Positions 29,023 to 39,162 of a stretch of 64,000 nt of DNA are shown here, piece after piece. The stretch is from contig CBDBHB010000009.1 in assembly GCA_965205505.1 (NCBI GenBank), positions 2,144,001 through 2,208,000 on the forward strand, given 5' to 3'. Each line of letters begins with the position of its first letter. Positions within the stretch are counted from its first letter, which is position 1. This DNA is from Acidobacteriota bacterium. GTDB lineage: Bacteria > Acidobacteriota > UBA890 > WLXD01. The position numbers and the translations under genes were made by a program. The notes beneath the pieces are model-generated. The model saw only the letters and a list, made by a program, of their open reading frames with translations. It did not search any database and was not told the origin of the DNA.

Positions 29023-29195
29023 GGCCTAGTTTGGTGCCGGCGTGAACCAACATCCACGGTCCCTGACACAATCTTGACGAATGCCAGACCCTAATCTGAC
29101 ACGAGAGGCGTAGTCTCTCAGTTTGAGGAGTGGACTCAAAGATCGGCGTGGCTGGCACTAGAAGCGTTATGCCACGTGTCTCCGGAGTTGCCGGC

Positions 29196-29915
29196 ATGGC
29201 GTTTCGTCAATGGTTTCGCCCGCCCCGTTACGTACTGACGATTTTCTTGGGCGTCGCCGTCGTGTCCGCAGGGGCTCTGGGATAGCTGACCTGGCTCCTG
29301 GTGCAACAGGACAGGGCCCTGGAGGTGCAGCGCCGCCAGGAGCGTCTGGAACAGGCGGCGGACCGCGCGGCGGTCGTCATGCAGGGTGCGCTGGCAGATC
29401 TCGAGCTGCAGCTCACTTCGTATTCGGCCCGCCTGCCGGAGTCCATACCCGGCGTCGTAATCGTCACCACCGGTCCAGCCGGCATCGTGGTCCACCCGGA
29501 CGGAGGTCTGCTGTACTACCCAGAACCAGGGCCAGAACCAGGGCAGGTGCCCAAGTCACCCAGAGCACCATTCGTCGAGGCGGAACAGGCCGAGTTTGCG
29601 CGCCGGGATCTCGGGTTGGCGGGGACCCTTTACTCGGCGCTCGCTTCCAGTGGCGACATCTCGGTTCGCGCCGGGGCGCTCGCTGGCCTGGCGCGGGTTC
29701 GCCGCAAGGCGCAGCATCCCGAGGCGGCGCTCGCCGCCTATGACGAGCTGGGTGAACTGTCCGGAGCCCGTGCTGCCGGGCTCCCGGCGGGGTTGGTGGC
29801 GCGCGCTGGTCGGGCCAGAGTGCTCGAGGAAACCGGCCGTACGTCGGAGCTCCGCAACGAGGCCGCGACGCTGGCTGGAGAGCTCGAGACCGGTCGCTGG
29901 CAGCTAACGGAGTCG
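29196..29915 (+). pseudogene. N-terminal fragment of a membrane sensor histidine kinase
   Basis: MAFRQWFRPPRYVLTIFLGVAVVSAGALG*LTWLLVQQDRALE..RLEQAAD; TAG at 29283; truncated before any kinase domain. Family assigned from recognition of this N-terminus. Confidence 0.6.
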
Positions 29916-29954
29916 CAAGCTCGAGCCAGAACCCGCGAGCCCGCGCCACTTCGT

Positions 29955-30055
29955 GAACATCCGCGGCCTCGGATACCGATTCGATGCATGAATCGTACAG
30001 AACCCTGACAGTCACGAGGCATCGAGCTGGACACGCCACTTCTAGGATCGGGGAC
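29955..30055 (+). repeat. Copy 1 of a ~100-bp duplicated upstream regulatory region
   Basis: Near-identical to 33354-33453; contains GTACAG-AACCC-TGACAG and TAGGAT; lies just before the RBS of the 30072 gene. Confidence 0.9.
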
Positions 30056-30071
30056 TAGGAGGTGAGTTGAT

Positions 30072-32195
30072 ATGAGAAGCCATGTGATTCCGTTACTTGG
30101 GGTGGTGCTTCTAACTGCAGGGTACACCTCGCTTCTGGTTGCCCAGACACCCGACGCGGCCGAGATCATGTTCGAGGCTGCCAAGGCGATGGAGCTGATC
30201 GACGGCGACCTCGAGGCTGCCATCGAGCAGTACCAAGCGATCGTGACCAGACACCCGGACCGGCGAGCCATCGTTGCTAAGGCGCTGCTGGGAATGGCCA
30301 GTGGCTACGAGAAGCTAGGCCAGGTCCGGGCGCGCGAAGTCTATGAGCGACTGGTGCGCGAATACGCTGATCAAGCCACGGTGCTGGCTTTGGCACAGGA
30401 AGGTCTGTCGCGGCTGACTGTCGAGTCGACGCCGCCGTCTCCCGCGCTCCACGCAGAGTTGCTGTGGGCAGAAGCCATCGGGGTCAGCCCCCAGGGCGGC
30501 GTCTCGCCGGACGGCAGCTTGGTGACTTACGTCGATTGGTTGGACGATGGCAATCTGGCGATCCGTAACCTCGCGACCGGCGAGAGCCGACGACTCACCC
30601 ACACGGCGGACAACGGCGACAACTACGCGTTCAACTCACGTATTTCCCCGGATGGCGAGCAGGTCCTCTACGATTGGGCCCGTCCAAGCCCTGTCGGCGA
30701 GACCGGTGAGCTGCGTCTCTTGCCGGTGCACGGAGATCAGACGGAACCGCGCACCATCTGGAGTCCCGACGATGGGAGCTTTACCTCCGTTCAGGACTGG
30801 TTCCCCAGCGGCGATCGAGTGGCGGCGGTTGTCAGCTCTTCCGGCACCCGTTCCATCGTCACCGTGTCGACGGTCGATGGCCGGGTGCGACAGATCCGCA
30901 CCATCGAGTGGGGCGGAGAAGAGCCTCTGGTTCGCGTGTCACCCGACGGCTGCTATCTCGCCTACAGCCGGTCGGCGTCGCGCCAGGCTCCCGAGCCGGA
31001 CATCTTCCTGCTGGCTGTCGACGGTTCATCCGAGATCGTGGTTGTCCAGCACGCCGCGAGCGACGAGCTGGTGGCCTGGAGCCCGGGTGGTACGCATCTG
31101 CTGTTCAATAGCGACCGGAGCGGTCAGCCCGGTCTCTGGGCGCAGCGGGTTCAAGACGCGGAGCCTGCGGGCGAGCCGCGGCTGCTCGTCTCGAACGTCG
31201 ACGTGGGCTCGGGCATGGGTGTTACCCGTGACGGAACACTCCATTATCCGGTCAGGGTCTCGCGTCGCCGCCTGAAGATCGCGGAGCTCGACACCAAGAC
31301 TGGCAGGCTGCTGCGCCAACCGGTCAACGCGACGGATCAATTCGTCGGCGGCAATAGGGAGGGCGTGTTTTCTCCCGACGGCGAGACGCTCGCGTATGTC
31401 TCGGACCGTCGGGGATGGATGGAGCGAGCCATGGTTGTCCAATCGCTGAAGACTGGAGAGGAGCGGGACATCCCTCACGGGTTGCATCTCGGGGTCGGCC
31501 CCGTCCGTCTGAGCTGGCGATCGGACAGCGATCACCTCATTGCCCGCGCCCAGGACGATTTGGGTCGTTACGTCCTATTCGATGTCAACGTGGCAACCGG
31601 CGAGACGCGGTCGCTGCCTGAGATTCCAGGCGCAGTGCTTAAGGTCTGGACGCCGGACGGGATGCAGATTCTGCATCGCAACTACCTCGAGAACCCCGAA
31701 TCGATTTACTCCTATAGCGTGACCGACGGCTCGGTCCAGGCCCTCCCCGGCGTCTTCGGTGGGGCTTTCTTCAGCCTGTCCCCGGACGGTCAATGGATCG
31801 CAAACGTAGGCGGCCACAGGAGCGAGACGGACGACAACTATGGGAGGACCGAGATACGACTGCATCCCGTAGAGGGCGGAGACGGCGACGTGTTGTTGGC
31901 CACGAATGAGAGCGAGCCATTCGGAGGTTGGACCACCTGGACGCCGGACGGCACAGCTCTCTTGGTGCTCAAACAGGACGCGCAGGCCGGTGAGGGCATG
32001 TCGAAACTGTGGATCGTTCCCGTTGATGGGTCAGAGCCAGTCGCCACAGAGCTCGTGTATGAGCTTGCCAACGGCGGCTCGGCTCCGATTAAGTTCCACC
32101 CCGATGGGACGCGCATCGTCTACGCGGCGGGCGGCTACTTCTCCCAGTTCTGGGCCTTGCACAATCTCGCGCTCGACTCGCCTGACTCGCCCTAG
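30072..32195 (+). CDS. Secreted TPR + PD40/TolB-like beta-propeller protein
   Basis: Signal peptide; IDGDLEAAIEQY..AKALL..YEKLG TPR; repeated SPDG motifs. Confidence 0.88.
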   Translation: MRSHVIPLLGVVLLTAGYTSLLVAQTPDAAEIMFEAAKAMELIDGDLEAAIEQYQAIVTRHPDRRAIVAKALLGMASGYEKLGQVRAREVYERLVREYADQATVLALAQEGLSRLTVESTPPSPALHAELLWAEAIGVSPQGGVSPDGSLVTYVDWLDDGNLAIRNLATGESRRLTHTADNGDNYAFNSRISPDGEQVLYDWARPSPVGETGELRLLPVHGDQTEPRTIWSPDDGSFTSVQDWFPSGDRVAAVVSSSGTRSIVTVSTVDGRVRQIRTIEWGGEEPLVRVSPDGCYLAYSRSASRQAPEPDIFLLAVDGSSEIVVVQHAASDELVAWSPGGTHLLFNSDRSGQPGLWAQRVQDAEPAGEPRLLVSNVDVGSGMGVTRDGTLHYPVRVSRRRLKIAELDTKTGRLLRQPVNATDQFVGGNREGVFSPDGETLAYVSDRRGWMERAMVVQSLKTGEERDIPHGLHLGVGPVRLSWRSDSDHLIARAQDDLGRYVLFDVNVATGETRSLPEIPGAVLKVWTPDGMQILHRNYLENPESIYSYSVTDGSVQALPGVFGGAFFSLSPDGQWIANVGGHRSETDDNYGRTEIRLHPVEGGDGDVLLATNESEPFGGWTTWTPDGTALLVLKQDAQAGEGMSKLWIVPVDGSEPVATELVYELANGGSAPIKFHPDGTRIVYAAGGYFSQFWALHNLALDSPDSP

Positions 32196-32235
32196 TAGGT
32201 GCCGAAGAAGCTCGCTCTCTAGAGAAGTCTCTCCG

Positions 32236-33267
32236 ATGGGGACGCGCATGCTGCGAGCAACGATGCTCGTCTTGCTGCAGACGATGCTGCTGCTAGCGGT
32301 CGCTCAGACCGCCTGTGCCACGCGGTCAGCGCCGCGGACAGTCGGAGCGGAGTCCAGTCGGCCGCTCGGGCTGGATCTGTACCGGCCCGAGCCCGATGAC
32401 AATCCGACCGTGCCCGCGACGGTCGCACTCGGCCGGCGCCTGTTTCATGAGCGACGGCTCGCGCGCGACCGCTCGCTCGCCTGTGTCGACTGCCATCGAC
32501 CCGCGCTCGCCTTCACCGACGGCCGTGCCAAGGCCGTCGGCGTGTACGGGCGCCGTGGGCCGCGCAGCGTGCCGACGCTCGTGAATCGTGCCTGGGGCGA
32601 ATCGTTCTTCTGGGACGGCCGCATCGACACTCTCGAAATGCTGGTCCTGGCCCCGATCGTGGCCGAGCTGGAGATGGACCTCACGATCGGCGAAGCCGTC
32701 GACCGTCTCCGTGGCACAACCCCGTATCCCACGGCGTTTCGGGAGACCTTTGGTGGCGAAGTGAACGGCGCCGACCTCGCCCGCGCGCTCGCCGCCTACA
32801 TTCGCACCATCCAAGCCGGCGGATCTCCTTACGATCGATATGTCTGGGGCGACCCGGCCGCGCTCTCCGCGGACGCCCAGGCGGGCCTCCACCTGTTTCG
32901 TGGCCGAGCAAACTGCACTGTATGCCATGCCGGCGCCAACCTGACGGACGAACAGTTTCACAACACCGGTGTCTTCTGGGGTCAGCAACCCTACGATGCG
33001 GGGCGCGTCGTGGTCACCGGCGTCTCCGAGGACACCGGCAAGTTCAAGACACCTACGCTGCGAGAGATCGAGCACACCGCTCCCTACATGCATGACGGCA
33101 GCATCGCGACGCTCGAAGAGGTGGTCGATTTCTACGACCGGGGCGGAAACGCCAATCCGTACCGGGACCGGGAGCTGCGACCCCTGTCTCTCACTGGAGA
33201 GGAGAAAGAGGCGCTGCTGAACTTCTTGAGGAGCCTCAGTGGCGAGATTCGCGAGGGCCTGGAGTGA
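32236..33267 (+). CDS. Di-heme cytochrome c peroxidase/MauG family
   Basis: CVDCH and CTVCH, FFWDGR, FKTPTLR, PYMHDG. Confidence 0.92.
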   Translation: MGTRMLRATMLVLLQTMLLLAVAQTACATRSAPRTVGAESSRPLGLDLYRPEPDDNPTVPATVALGRRLFHERRLARDRSLACVDCHRPALAFTDGRAKAVGVYGRRGPRSVPTLVNRAWGESFFWDGRIDTLEMLVLAPIVAELEMDLTIGEAVDRLRGTTPYPTAFRETFGGEVNGADLARALAAYIRTIQAGGSPYDRYVWGDPAALSADAQAGLHLFRGRANCTVCHAGANLTDEQFHNTGVFWGQQPYDAGRVVVTGVSEDTGKFKTPTLREIEHTAPYMHDGSIATLEEVVDFYDRGGNANPYRDRELRPLSLTGEEKEALLNFLRSLSGEIREGLE

Positions 33268-33353
33268 CGCGCCGTCGATGAAGCACGGTTTCCACCCCGT
33301 GTCCGTTGTCGCCCGGTTCGGAGTTCAGTAAGGACACGGACCAGAACCGACTC

Positions 33354-33453
33354 GAACGTCCGCGGCCTCGGATACCGATTCGATACACGAATCGTACAGA
33401 ACCCTGACAGTCACGAGGCATCAAGCTGGACACTCCACTTCTAGGATCGGGAC
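33354..33453 (+). repeat. Copy 2 of the duplicated regulatory region
   Basis: Matches 29955-30055 with a few substitutions; upstream of the 33506 gene. Confidence 0.9.
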
Positions 33454-33505
33454 CTTCTGTAGGCGCGCGGCATCCGGCCACACGCCAAACCTGCGGGAGA
33501 CAAGC

Positions 33506-34889
33506 ATGCGTATTGGCAGACTAATGATAGGCGTGGTGGGACTCGTGGCGTTGACGATGCCGCCAGTAACCGTCGCAAGTGCCCAGGCCCAGGATGCCCC
33601 ACGGATTCTCAGCGTAAAGGAATCGCCGAACAGCAGGAGCCTACTGATCATGGGTGCTCGGCTGTCGAAGGGGGAAGAGCCAGTTGTGACCCTTGAAGGT
33701 GAGCAGCTGGAGGTTGTGCGGGTCACGCGCTCGCTGGTGAGAGTCAGGCTACCGGAAGACATCGAGAGCGGTACCTACCTGCTCACGCTGCAGAGCGGTG
33801 CGAATCAACCCACCCCGTTTCATGTAGCCCTTGGGGCGGCTGCGCCCATCGGCACCGTCTACACCGGCTGTTTGGCCAACAACGGCGATCTCCGGAACGT
33901 CGCGATCGGCCTGCACCCGTCAAGTATCTGCGATGCGGGTTGGACCCAGATCAGCTGGAACGAACAGGGACCGCCAGGACCACAGGGACCACCAGGAGAA
34001 GACGGTGCTGATGGAGAAGACGGTGCCGATGGAGAAGACGGTGCCGATGGAGAAGACGGTGCACCGGGTCCGTCAGGAGTAGACGGTGCCGATGGAACCG
34101 ACGGTTTGCCGGGAACGGACGGTGCTGATGGAGCAGACGGAGCGACCGGCGAGACCGGACCCCAGGGGCCTCCGGCGTCTACGCCATGGAGTCTCAATGG
34201 AAGCAACGTGGTCTATAACGCCGGCAACGTCGGCATCGGGACGACGACTCCAGGAGAAGCGTTAGACGTAGTCGGAGTAGTTAGAGTCATCAACCCGGCA
34301 GGTGGATTCGCGTTCGGTATTAATGGTCCTGCCCACGTGAGACGACTTCAAACGTTTCGACTCTGGTCCGAGTATTCGATTCCTAGGTGCAGATAATCAC
34401 TATGCAAATGTCGGTGTGAGAGGTTTGTCTGTTGGTTCAGATCATGCTCTGAGTGGAAATCTTGGATTCCCAACTTTTGTTCCGCCTCTGTACGGAATGA
34501 TAGTCGAAGGCAGCGTTGGAATCGGGACGCGCAGCCCAGCCGAAAAGCTGCATGTGATAGGCAACATTCGCGCCACCGGCAGTATCTCGCCCGGCTCATC
34601 TAGAGAGTTCAAGGACAACATCGCTCCGCTCACCGAAAGCGAAGCCTTGGACACTTTTGCGGCCCTTGAACCGATCAAGTTCACGTACAAGGCGGACACG
34701 TCCGGCGATCTTCAACTGGGCTTCATTGCGGAGGACGTGCCAGAGTTGGTGTCGATCCCCGGCCGGAAGGGCGTTGCGCCAATGGATCTCATTGCGGTGC
34801 TGACCAAGGTCGTGCAGACGCAGCAGGAAAGGATCGCCGACCTTGAGGAGCGGTTTCGAGAGCTAGAGGAATCCTCACGTCGTCGGTAG
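33506..34889 (+). pseudogene. Secreted collagen-repeat fibre protein with C-terminal S74 intramolecular chaperone, split by a one-base frameshift near 34355
   Basis: Signal peptide, Ig/IPT-like domain, G-X-Y repeats, GNVGIGTTTP; second frame open from 34341 with GSVGIGT and SSREFKDNI..LGFIAEDV. Confidence 0.75.
33995..34063 (+). repeat. 18-bp tandem repeat encoding GEDGAD (nearly 4 copies)
   Basis: GGAGAAGACGGTGCYGAT repeated. Confidence 0.9.
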
Positions 34890-34899
34890 TCGGCGGAGC

Positions 34900-35086
34900 T
34901 GAAGGTCGAACCGTGGCCAACGGCTTCGAGGATATCGACGGCGACGGCGACAGCGACTGGGTCGGGCACTTCCGCACGCGGGACACAGGGATTCTCTGCG
35001 GAGCAACCGATGCTCCTGTGACCGGCGAGACACTCGACGCGCAAGCGCTCGAAGGCAGCGACTCGGTCAACATCGTGAAATGCTGA
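34900..35086 (+). pseudogene. Orphan C-terminal domain remnant of a secreted protein
   Basis: Translates as EDIDGDGDSDWVGHFRTRDTGILCGATDAPVTGETLDAQALEGSDSVNIVKC*; DxDGDG Ca-binding-like motif; no convincing N-terminus. Confidence 0.55.
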
Positions 35087-35109
35087 CGGGTTGATCTCTC
35101 AGCAGTTAG

Positions 35110-35139
35110 CGCCCCTGGGGTTGTATCCTGGGGGCGTTT
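35110..35139. terminator. Hairpin between convergent genes
   Basis: GCGCCCCTGGG...CCTGGGGGCGTTT. Confidence 0.5.
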
Positions 35140-35158
35140 CTGTTCGCGGGAATCGGCC

Positions 35159-37582
35159 TCAAGTCTTGCCCCGCTGCCGTGAACTGGCTTCGGGCGGGTG
35201 TAGCGTCAGCGTCGAGACGGTGTTGGCGGCGATCGCTGCTTCGCTCCAGTGCACCGGGTGCAAGACACCGGCCAGGTAGTCGGCCAGTTGGTCGTCGTAG
35301 TGGCGGTCGGCTGGGTGCCCCGACTGGCCGGCCGGCAAGACGGCGAGCGATCGGTCGGGATTATCGAGGTCGGCGACCCATCGCATCGATGGTCCGTACG
35401 ACACGTTCTGGTTACCGTCCGACCAGGAGCCGCCGAAGGCCGCGACGGTGGTAGCCGATCCGGGTAGCGGGATCGGTCCGCGATTGAACCAACGGCCGAT
35501 TACCGGCACCGATCCGGCGGGGTTGCGCAGCCACAGGTGGTGAAGCTCGGCGTAGTCCCAATCATCCATCTGTGCGCCCCAGCGGGTCGTGGCTTCATGC
35601 AAGGCGCGTTCGAGAGCGGCGGCAACAACGTTGCGACGCGTCTCGCGCTCGGGTGTGCCGACATCGTCGAACCACTCGGCCGACAGGTCACCACGCAACG
35701 CGCGCAGAAGCTCCTCCCGTCCGCCGATCCGCCGCAGCCGGTGCGCCCGCGCCTCATCGTCGAATGTTGCGATCGTTAGCTCGCGGTCCAGTATGAGAAA
35801 CAGCGCTCCGGCACCGCTCATCGCCATCGCGCCGTCCCAGGTGGCTAGCATGTCGTACGCGGTCGCGGCGGCGCCCGTGTACTCGTCTCCTAGCAGTTGC
35901 ACCAGCTCGAGGGCGTACCGCGAGCGGATATCTGCCTGCACCGACTGCATGTCGTCGGCGGTCCATCGATCGCGCCGCTCGAGCAGCTCGCGGATTCGCT
36001 CGGCGCGGTGTGGGGTATCGAAGTTGGCGGTAAACGGCGCGGCGCGCGACGGTTCGGTGCCGGCTCGTATGTCGTGGTTCGCGGTGACGATCACATCGGC
36101 GCTCGGTCGCAGCATCGTGGGGTTGTCGACTTGTGAGAACAGACCGCTCCAGCCGTAGTCGGCATCCCAGGCGGGGGCCGGCAGCCTCCCATCTCCGGTG
36201 CGTCGCACCGGAACCCGACCGATCGCCGTGTACAACAACCCGTTGTCGCGATCGGCGACGACCAGGTTCTGTGCCGGGGCGACGTAGCTATCCAGCTGGC
36301 CGATGAGATCGTCGACCGAGTCGGCGCGCGCCAACCGCAGAAAGGCGGCGGGCAGATCCGCCGGCGCGCCTCCGGTCCAGGCCATGCTGCGGGCCGGCAG
36401 GCCGCGCTCGGGATCAGATTCGAGCACGACGCCGATATCCGAGTACCGCACTGTCAATGTCACGGGGTCGGCGCCGGCGACCGCGATGCGCTCTTCGGTG
36501 GTCTCCAGTGGCACCCAGCCGTCGCCGCGCTGCACGGCCGATCCGTCGGCACTGAGACGCTCGAAGAAGATGTCGTGATCGTCGAGCATGACGTTGGTCA
36601 GGCCCCAGGCCAATCGGTGTCCGCGTCCGATGACCACGAACGGAAACCCGGGTAGCGTCATGCCAGCTGCCTCGTAGTCTGGCGCTCGCAGCACGACCTG
36701 GTACCAGAAACCCGGCAGGCTCAACGGCAAATGCGGATCGTTGGCCAGCAGCGGAAGCCCGGAGGCGGTGCGCGAGCCCCCCAGCGCCCAGCTATTGCTG
36801 CCCGGGCTGCCGAACAGCAAGGCGGCGGAGTCTTGTCGTTCGTCGACAGGCGCACGGATCTCGGACGCTACCGATTGTGGCGGTGTTTCGCGCGCCAGCG
36901 CGGCGATCGATTCGGCGACCTGGAGGTGCGGCTCGCCAAGCAGATCGGCGAGGCGCTCGCGACCGTATGCCCGCAGCCACTCGTAACGATCCTCCTCCGG
37001 GCGCCCCTGCCAGAACGAGAGCTCGTGCGCCATTTGCAGTTGGAAGAAGAAGCTGTGGATCGGCTCCCAGGGCTGCGGATCAATGCCGAGAAGTCGCAGC
37101 TCCGGAGGTAGGTCGGGCCCACGCTCGCCCAACCAGGCGTTGACGCCGCGCGAGTATGCTTCCAGCAGGGCCCGCGTCTCGGCAGATGCGGCCTCGAGCA
37201 TGGTAGCGGCATGGCGCGGCATGCCAAGGGATCGGAAGTAGCGATCCGAAGGCAGTGCCACCGGACCCACCACTTCGGCGAGCCGCCCGGCTGCGAGCCG
37301 ACGACCGAGCTCCAGCTGGACGAGTCGGTCGTTCGCATGCAGGTAGCCCACCGCAGTGGCCAAGTCGACGACGCTCGAGGCGGTGACGTGCGGTACGCCC
37401 CAATCATCAAAGCGAACCGTTACTGACGACGCGAGTCCCGACAGCGCCGCCTTGCCGGAGCGTCGCGGCATGCCGCCGCGTGAGATCCACCAGAAGGCGC
37501 TCATCGCAACGATGAGCAGCAGCGTGACAGCCACCAGCACGCCGAGCGCGATTCGACGAATCATTCCGCGAGCCTCTGACAC
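35159..37582 (-). CDS. Penicillin acylase family (Ntn hydrolase)
   Basis: N-terminal TM, DDWGVPHV, GSNSW, LANDPHL, GQSGHP. Confidence 0.95.
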   Translation of the reverse strand: MSEARGMIRRIALGVLVAVTLLLIVAMSAFWWISRGGMPRRSGKAALSGLASSVTVRFDDWGVPHVTASSVVDLATAVGYLHANDRLVQLELGRRLAAGRLAEVVGPVALPSDRYFRSLGMPRHAATMLEAASAETRALLEAYSRGVNAWLGERGPDLPPELRLLGIDPQPWEPIHSFFFQLQMAHELSFWQGRPEEDRYEWLRAYGRERLADLLGEPHLQVAESIAALARETPPQSVASEIRAPVDERQDSAALLFGSPGSNSWALGGSRTASGLPLLANDPHLPLSLPGFWYQVVLRAPDYEAAGMTLPGFPFVVIGRGHRLAWGLTNVMLDDHDIFFERLSADGSAVQRGDGWVPLETTEERIAVAGADPVTLTVRYSDIGVVLESDPERGLPARSMAWTGGAPADLPAAFLRLARADSVDDLIGQLDSYVAPAQNLVVADRDNGLLYTAIGRVPVRRTGDGRLPAPAWDADYGWSGLFSQVDNPTMLRPSADVIVTANHDIRAGTEPSRAAPFTANFDTPHRAERIRELLERRDRWTADDMQSVQADIRSRYALELVQLLGDEYTGAAATAYDMLATWDGAMAMSGAGALFLILDRELTIATFDDEARAHRLRRIGGREELLRALRGDLSAEWFDDVGTPERETRRNVVAAALERALHEATTRWGAQMDDWDYAELHHLWLRNPAGSVPVIGRWFNRGPIPLPGSATTVAAFGGSWSDGNQNVSYGPSMRWVADLDNPDRSLAVLPAGQSGHPADRHYDDQLADYLAGVLHPVHWSEAAIAANTVSTLTLHPPEASSRQRGKT

Positions 37583-37962
37583 ATGAGCCGGGGGCGCAAG
37601 CGCTCGACAGCTTCGGAAACCGCCAGGTCAGTCGGTATAGCGCAGGCTGCTGGCGCAGTGCTCTACCTGCGCGGCAATCGCCTCGTACTCATCGGCTGGA
37701 GCTCCCCAGCTGATCACGTACGGGATCCCTGCATGCAGGAAGAGCAAGCGGCGGACCTTGATCGGTCCGGCGACGCTCGGGCGCAAGCTCATGGAGTCGT
37801 GCACACGCAGGCCGTTGAGTCGCCAGAAGGTCGGGCGAGCGGAAGCGGCGGCCGGGGCACATAAATGTTCCGCACCCCACAGTAGGTGCGACTTTTGACG
37901 AGCCCGGCGGCTCTTACTAGGTACTCGAGTGATCGTTGTTCCCCAGCGACTGGAGGTCAGTG

Positions 37963-38964
37963 ATGTTTGCTGTGAACCTACGCTCCCGCATCGTAGTTGC
38001 GGTGGTGGGGCTGTGTGCCGTGGCGGGTCTGATGGCGGTGTCGGTAGGCGCCGTGCAGGCGGGTGCGGTGCAGACGGAAGAAGAAGCGAAGCAGGCTGAA
38101 GAGATGGCGCAAGCCAAGGAGGTCTACGCCCGGCACATGCAAAAGGCGGCGCAAGCGGCCAGGCGGGCCGCTGAGGCCGGCCGCCAGCGCCTGGCCAAGC
38201 ACCTGGTGCAGGCCAGGGGACATTGGACCGAGGCGCGGCGTCGCGGCGCCGAAGCCGTTCGCGAGGCGTTGCAGGACGGCCGCGGCCGGATGCGTGGCGC
38301 CCCGCGTATCGCGATCCGTCATCGTGGGCCGGGGGGCGGCGGCGGAATCGCCGAGCGAGTCTTGCGCCTGGCCGAGGATCTCGAGCTCACCGAGCAGCAG
38401 GAAAGCGAGATCCGCGACGCACGGCGGCAATATCGTCGAGCGTCGATCGAGCGCGAGGCAGCGATCGACGTCGCCCAGCTTGATCTCGAAGAGCTGATGG
38501 TGGATCCACACACCGCGGACCTGGGTGCCGTCGAGCAGCAGATGCAGGCGATTGGCATGTTGCGCGTCGAGAGCCGAGTCGCCGATCTGCGCCTGAATCA
38601 ACAGGCATGGGGAACGCTCACCGCCGAACAGCGCGACCAGCTCCAGGATGGGCGCCACAACGCCTTCTTCCTACGCGGCGATGGCCCGCGCGGTTGGTCC
38701 CTCTCGGGCGATGACTTCATGTTGAACTTCGATGCCGACGACTTCGTGCATGAAGAGTGGCTGAACGACTTCGATTTCGATTTCGACTTCGGGTCGGGCG
38801 AGGACACGCCGTTCGGCGGACTCTGGCGCTTGCACGAGTGGCAGGACGACGAGGGCTGGCACGAGCACGAGGGCGAAGACGAGGACGAAGACAAAGACGG
38901 CGAGGTGAAGACGAATGCTGGCGCTGCCGGCGCCCTGGGCGTCGGCGTTCGCGCGCTCTTCTGA
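37963..38964 (+). CDS. Periplasmic Spy/CpxP/ZraP-like protein with acidic tail
   Basis: Signal peptide; LELTEQQ and LTAEQR (LTxxQ) motifs; GGAGG RBS upstream. Confidence 0.7.
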   Translation: MFAVNLRSRIVVAVVGLCAVAGLMAVSVGAVQAGAVQTEEEAKQAEEMAQAKEVYARHMQKAAQAARRAAEAGRQRLAKHLVQARGHWTEARRRGAEAVREALQDGRGRMRGAPRIAIRHRGPGGGGGIAERVLRLAEDLELTEQQESEIRDARRQYRRASIEREAAIDVAQLDLEELMVDPHTADLGAVEQQMQAIGMLRVESRVADLRLNQQAWGTLTAEQRDQLQDGRHNAFFLRGDGPRGWSLSGDDFMLNFDADDFVHEEWLNDFDFDFDFGSGEDTPFGGLWRLHEWQDDEGWHEHEGEDEDEDKDGEVKTNAGAAGALGVGVRALF

Positions 38965-39042
38965 CCCCAACTCGCCTCAACCAGGCCCACAACACTTCCA
39001 CCACAGCCTGTTACAGGACACTAGGCGACGCTAAACGTCGCA

Positions 39043-39084
39043 GACGGCCCGGTCCGAAACCTTCCTCCCTCGGTCCGGGCCGTC
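39043..39084. terminator. GC-rich stem-loop after the 37963 gene
   Basis: GACGGCCCGG...CCGGGCCGTC; no U-tract. Confidence 0.45.
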
Positions 39085-39162
39085 GCTCGTGCGGCGGTTG
39101 CCGACTGCCTGTCAACGCCGCGCCGGCGACGTTAGGGGGCGTCTCGGTGTATACGGGGTCGC

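Noticed and set aside
32236-33267. MauG as part of a methylamine dehydrogenase system
   Set aside because: No mauA/mauB-like genes; it is separated from the cluster by an IS junction; the family is widespread.
33506-34889. Diversity-generating retroelement target
   Set aside because: No reverse transcriptase and no template/variable repeat pair in the window.
37628-37830. Minus-strand frame FWRLNGLRVHDSM...VEHCASSLRYTD* that looks protein-like
   Set aside because: No convincing start or family assignment; possibly a gene remnant, too weak to call.
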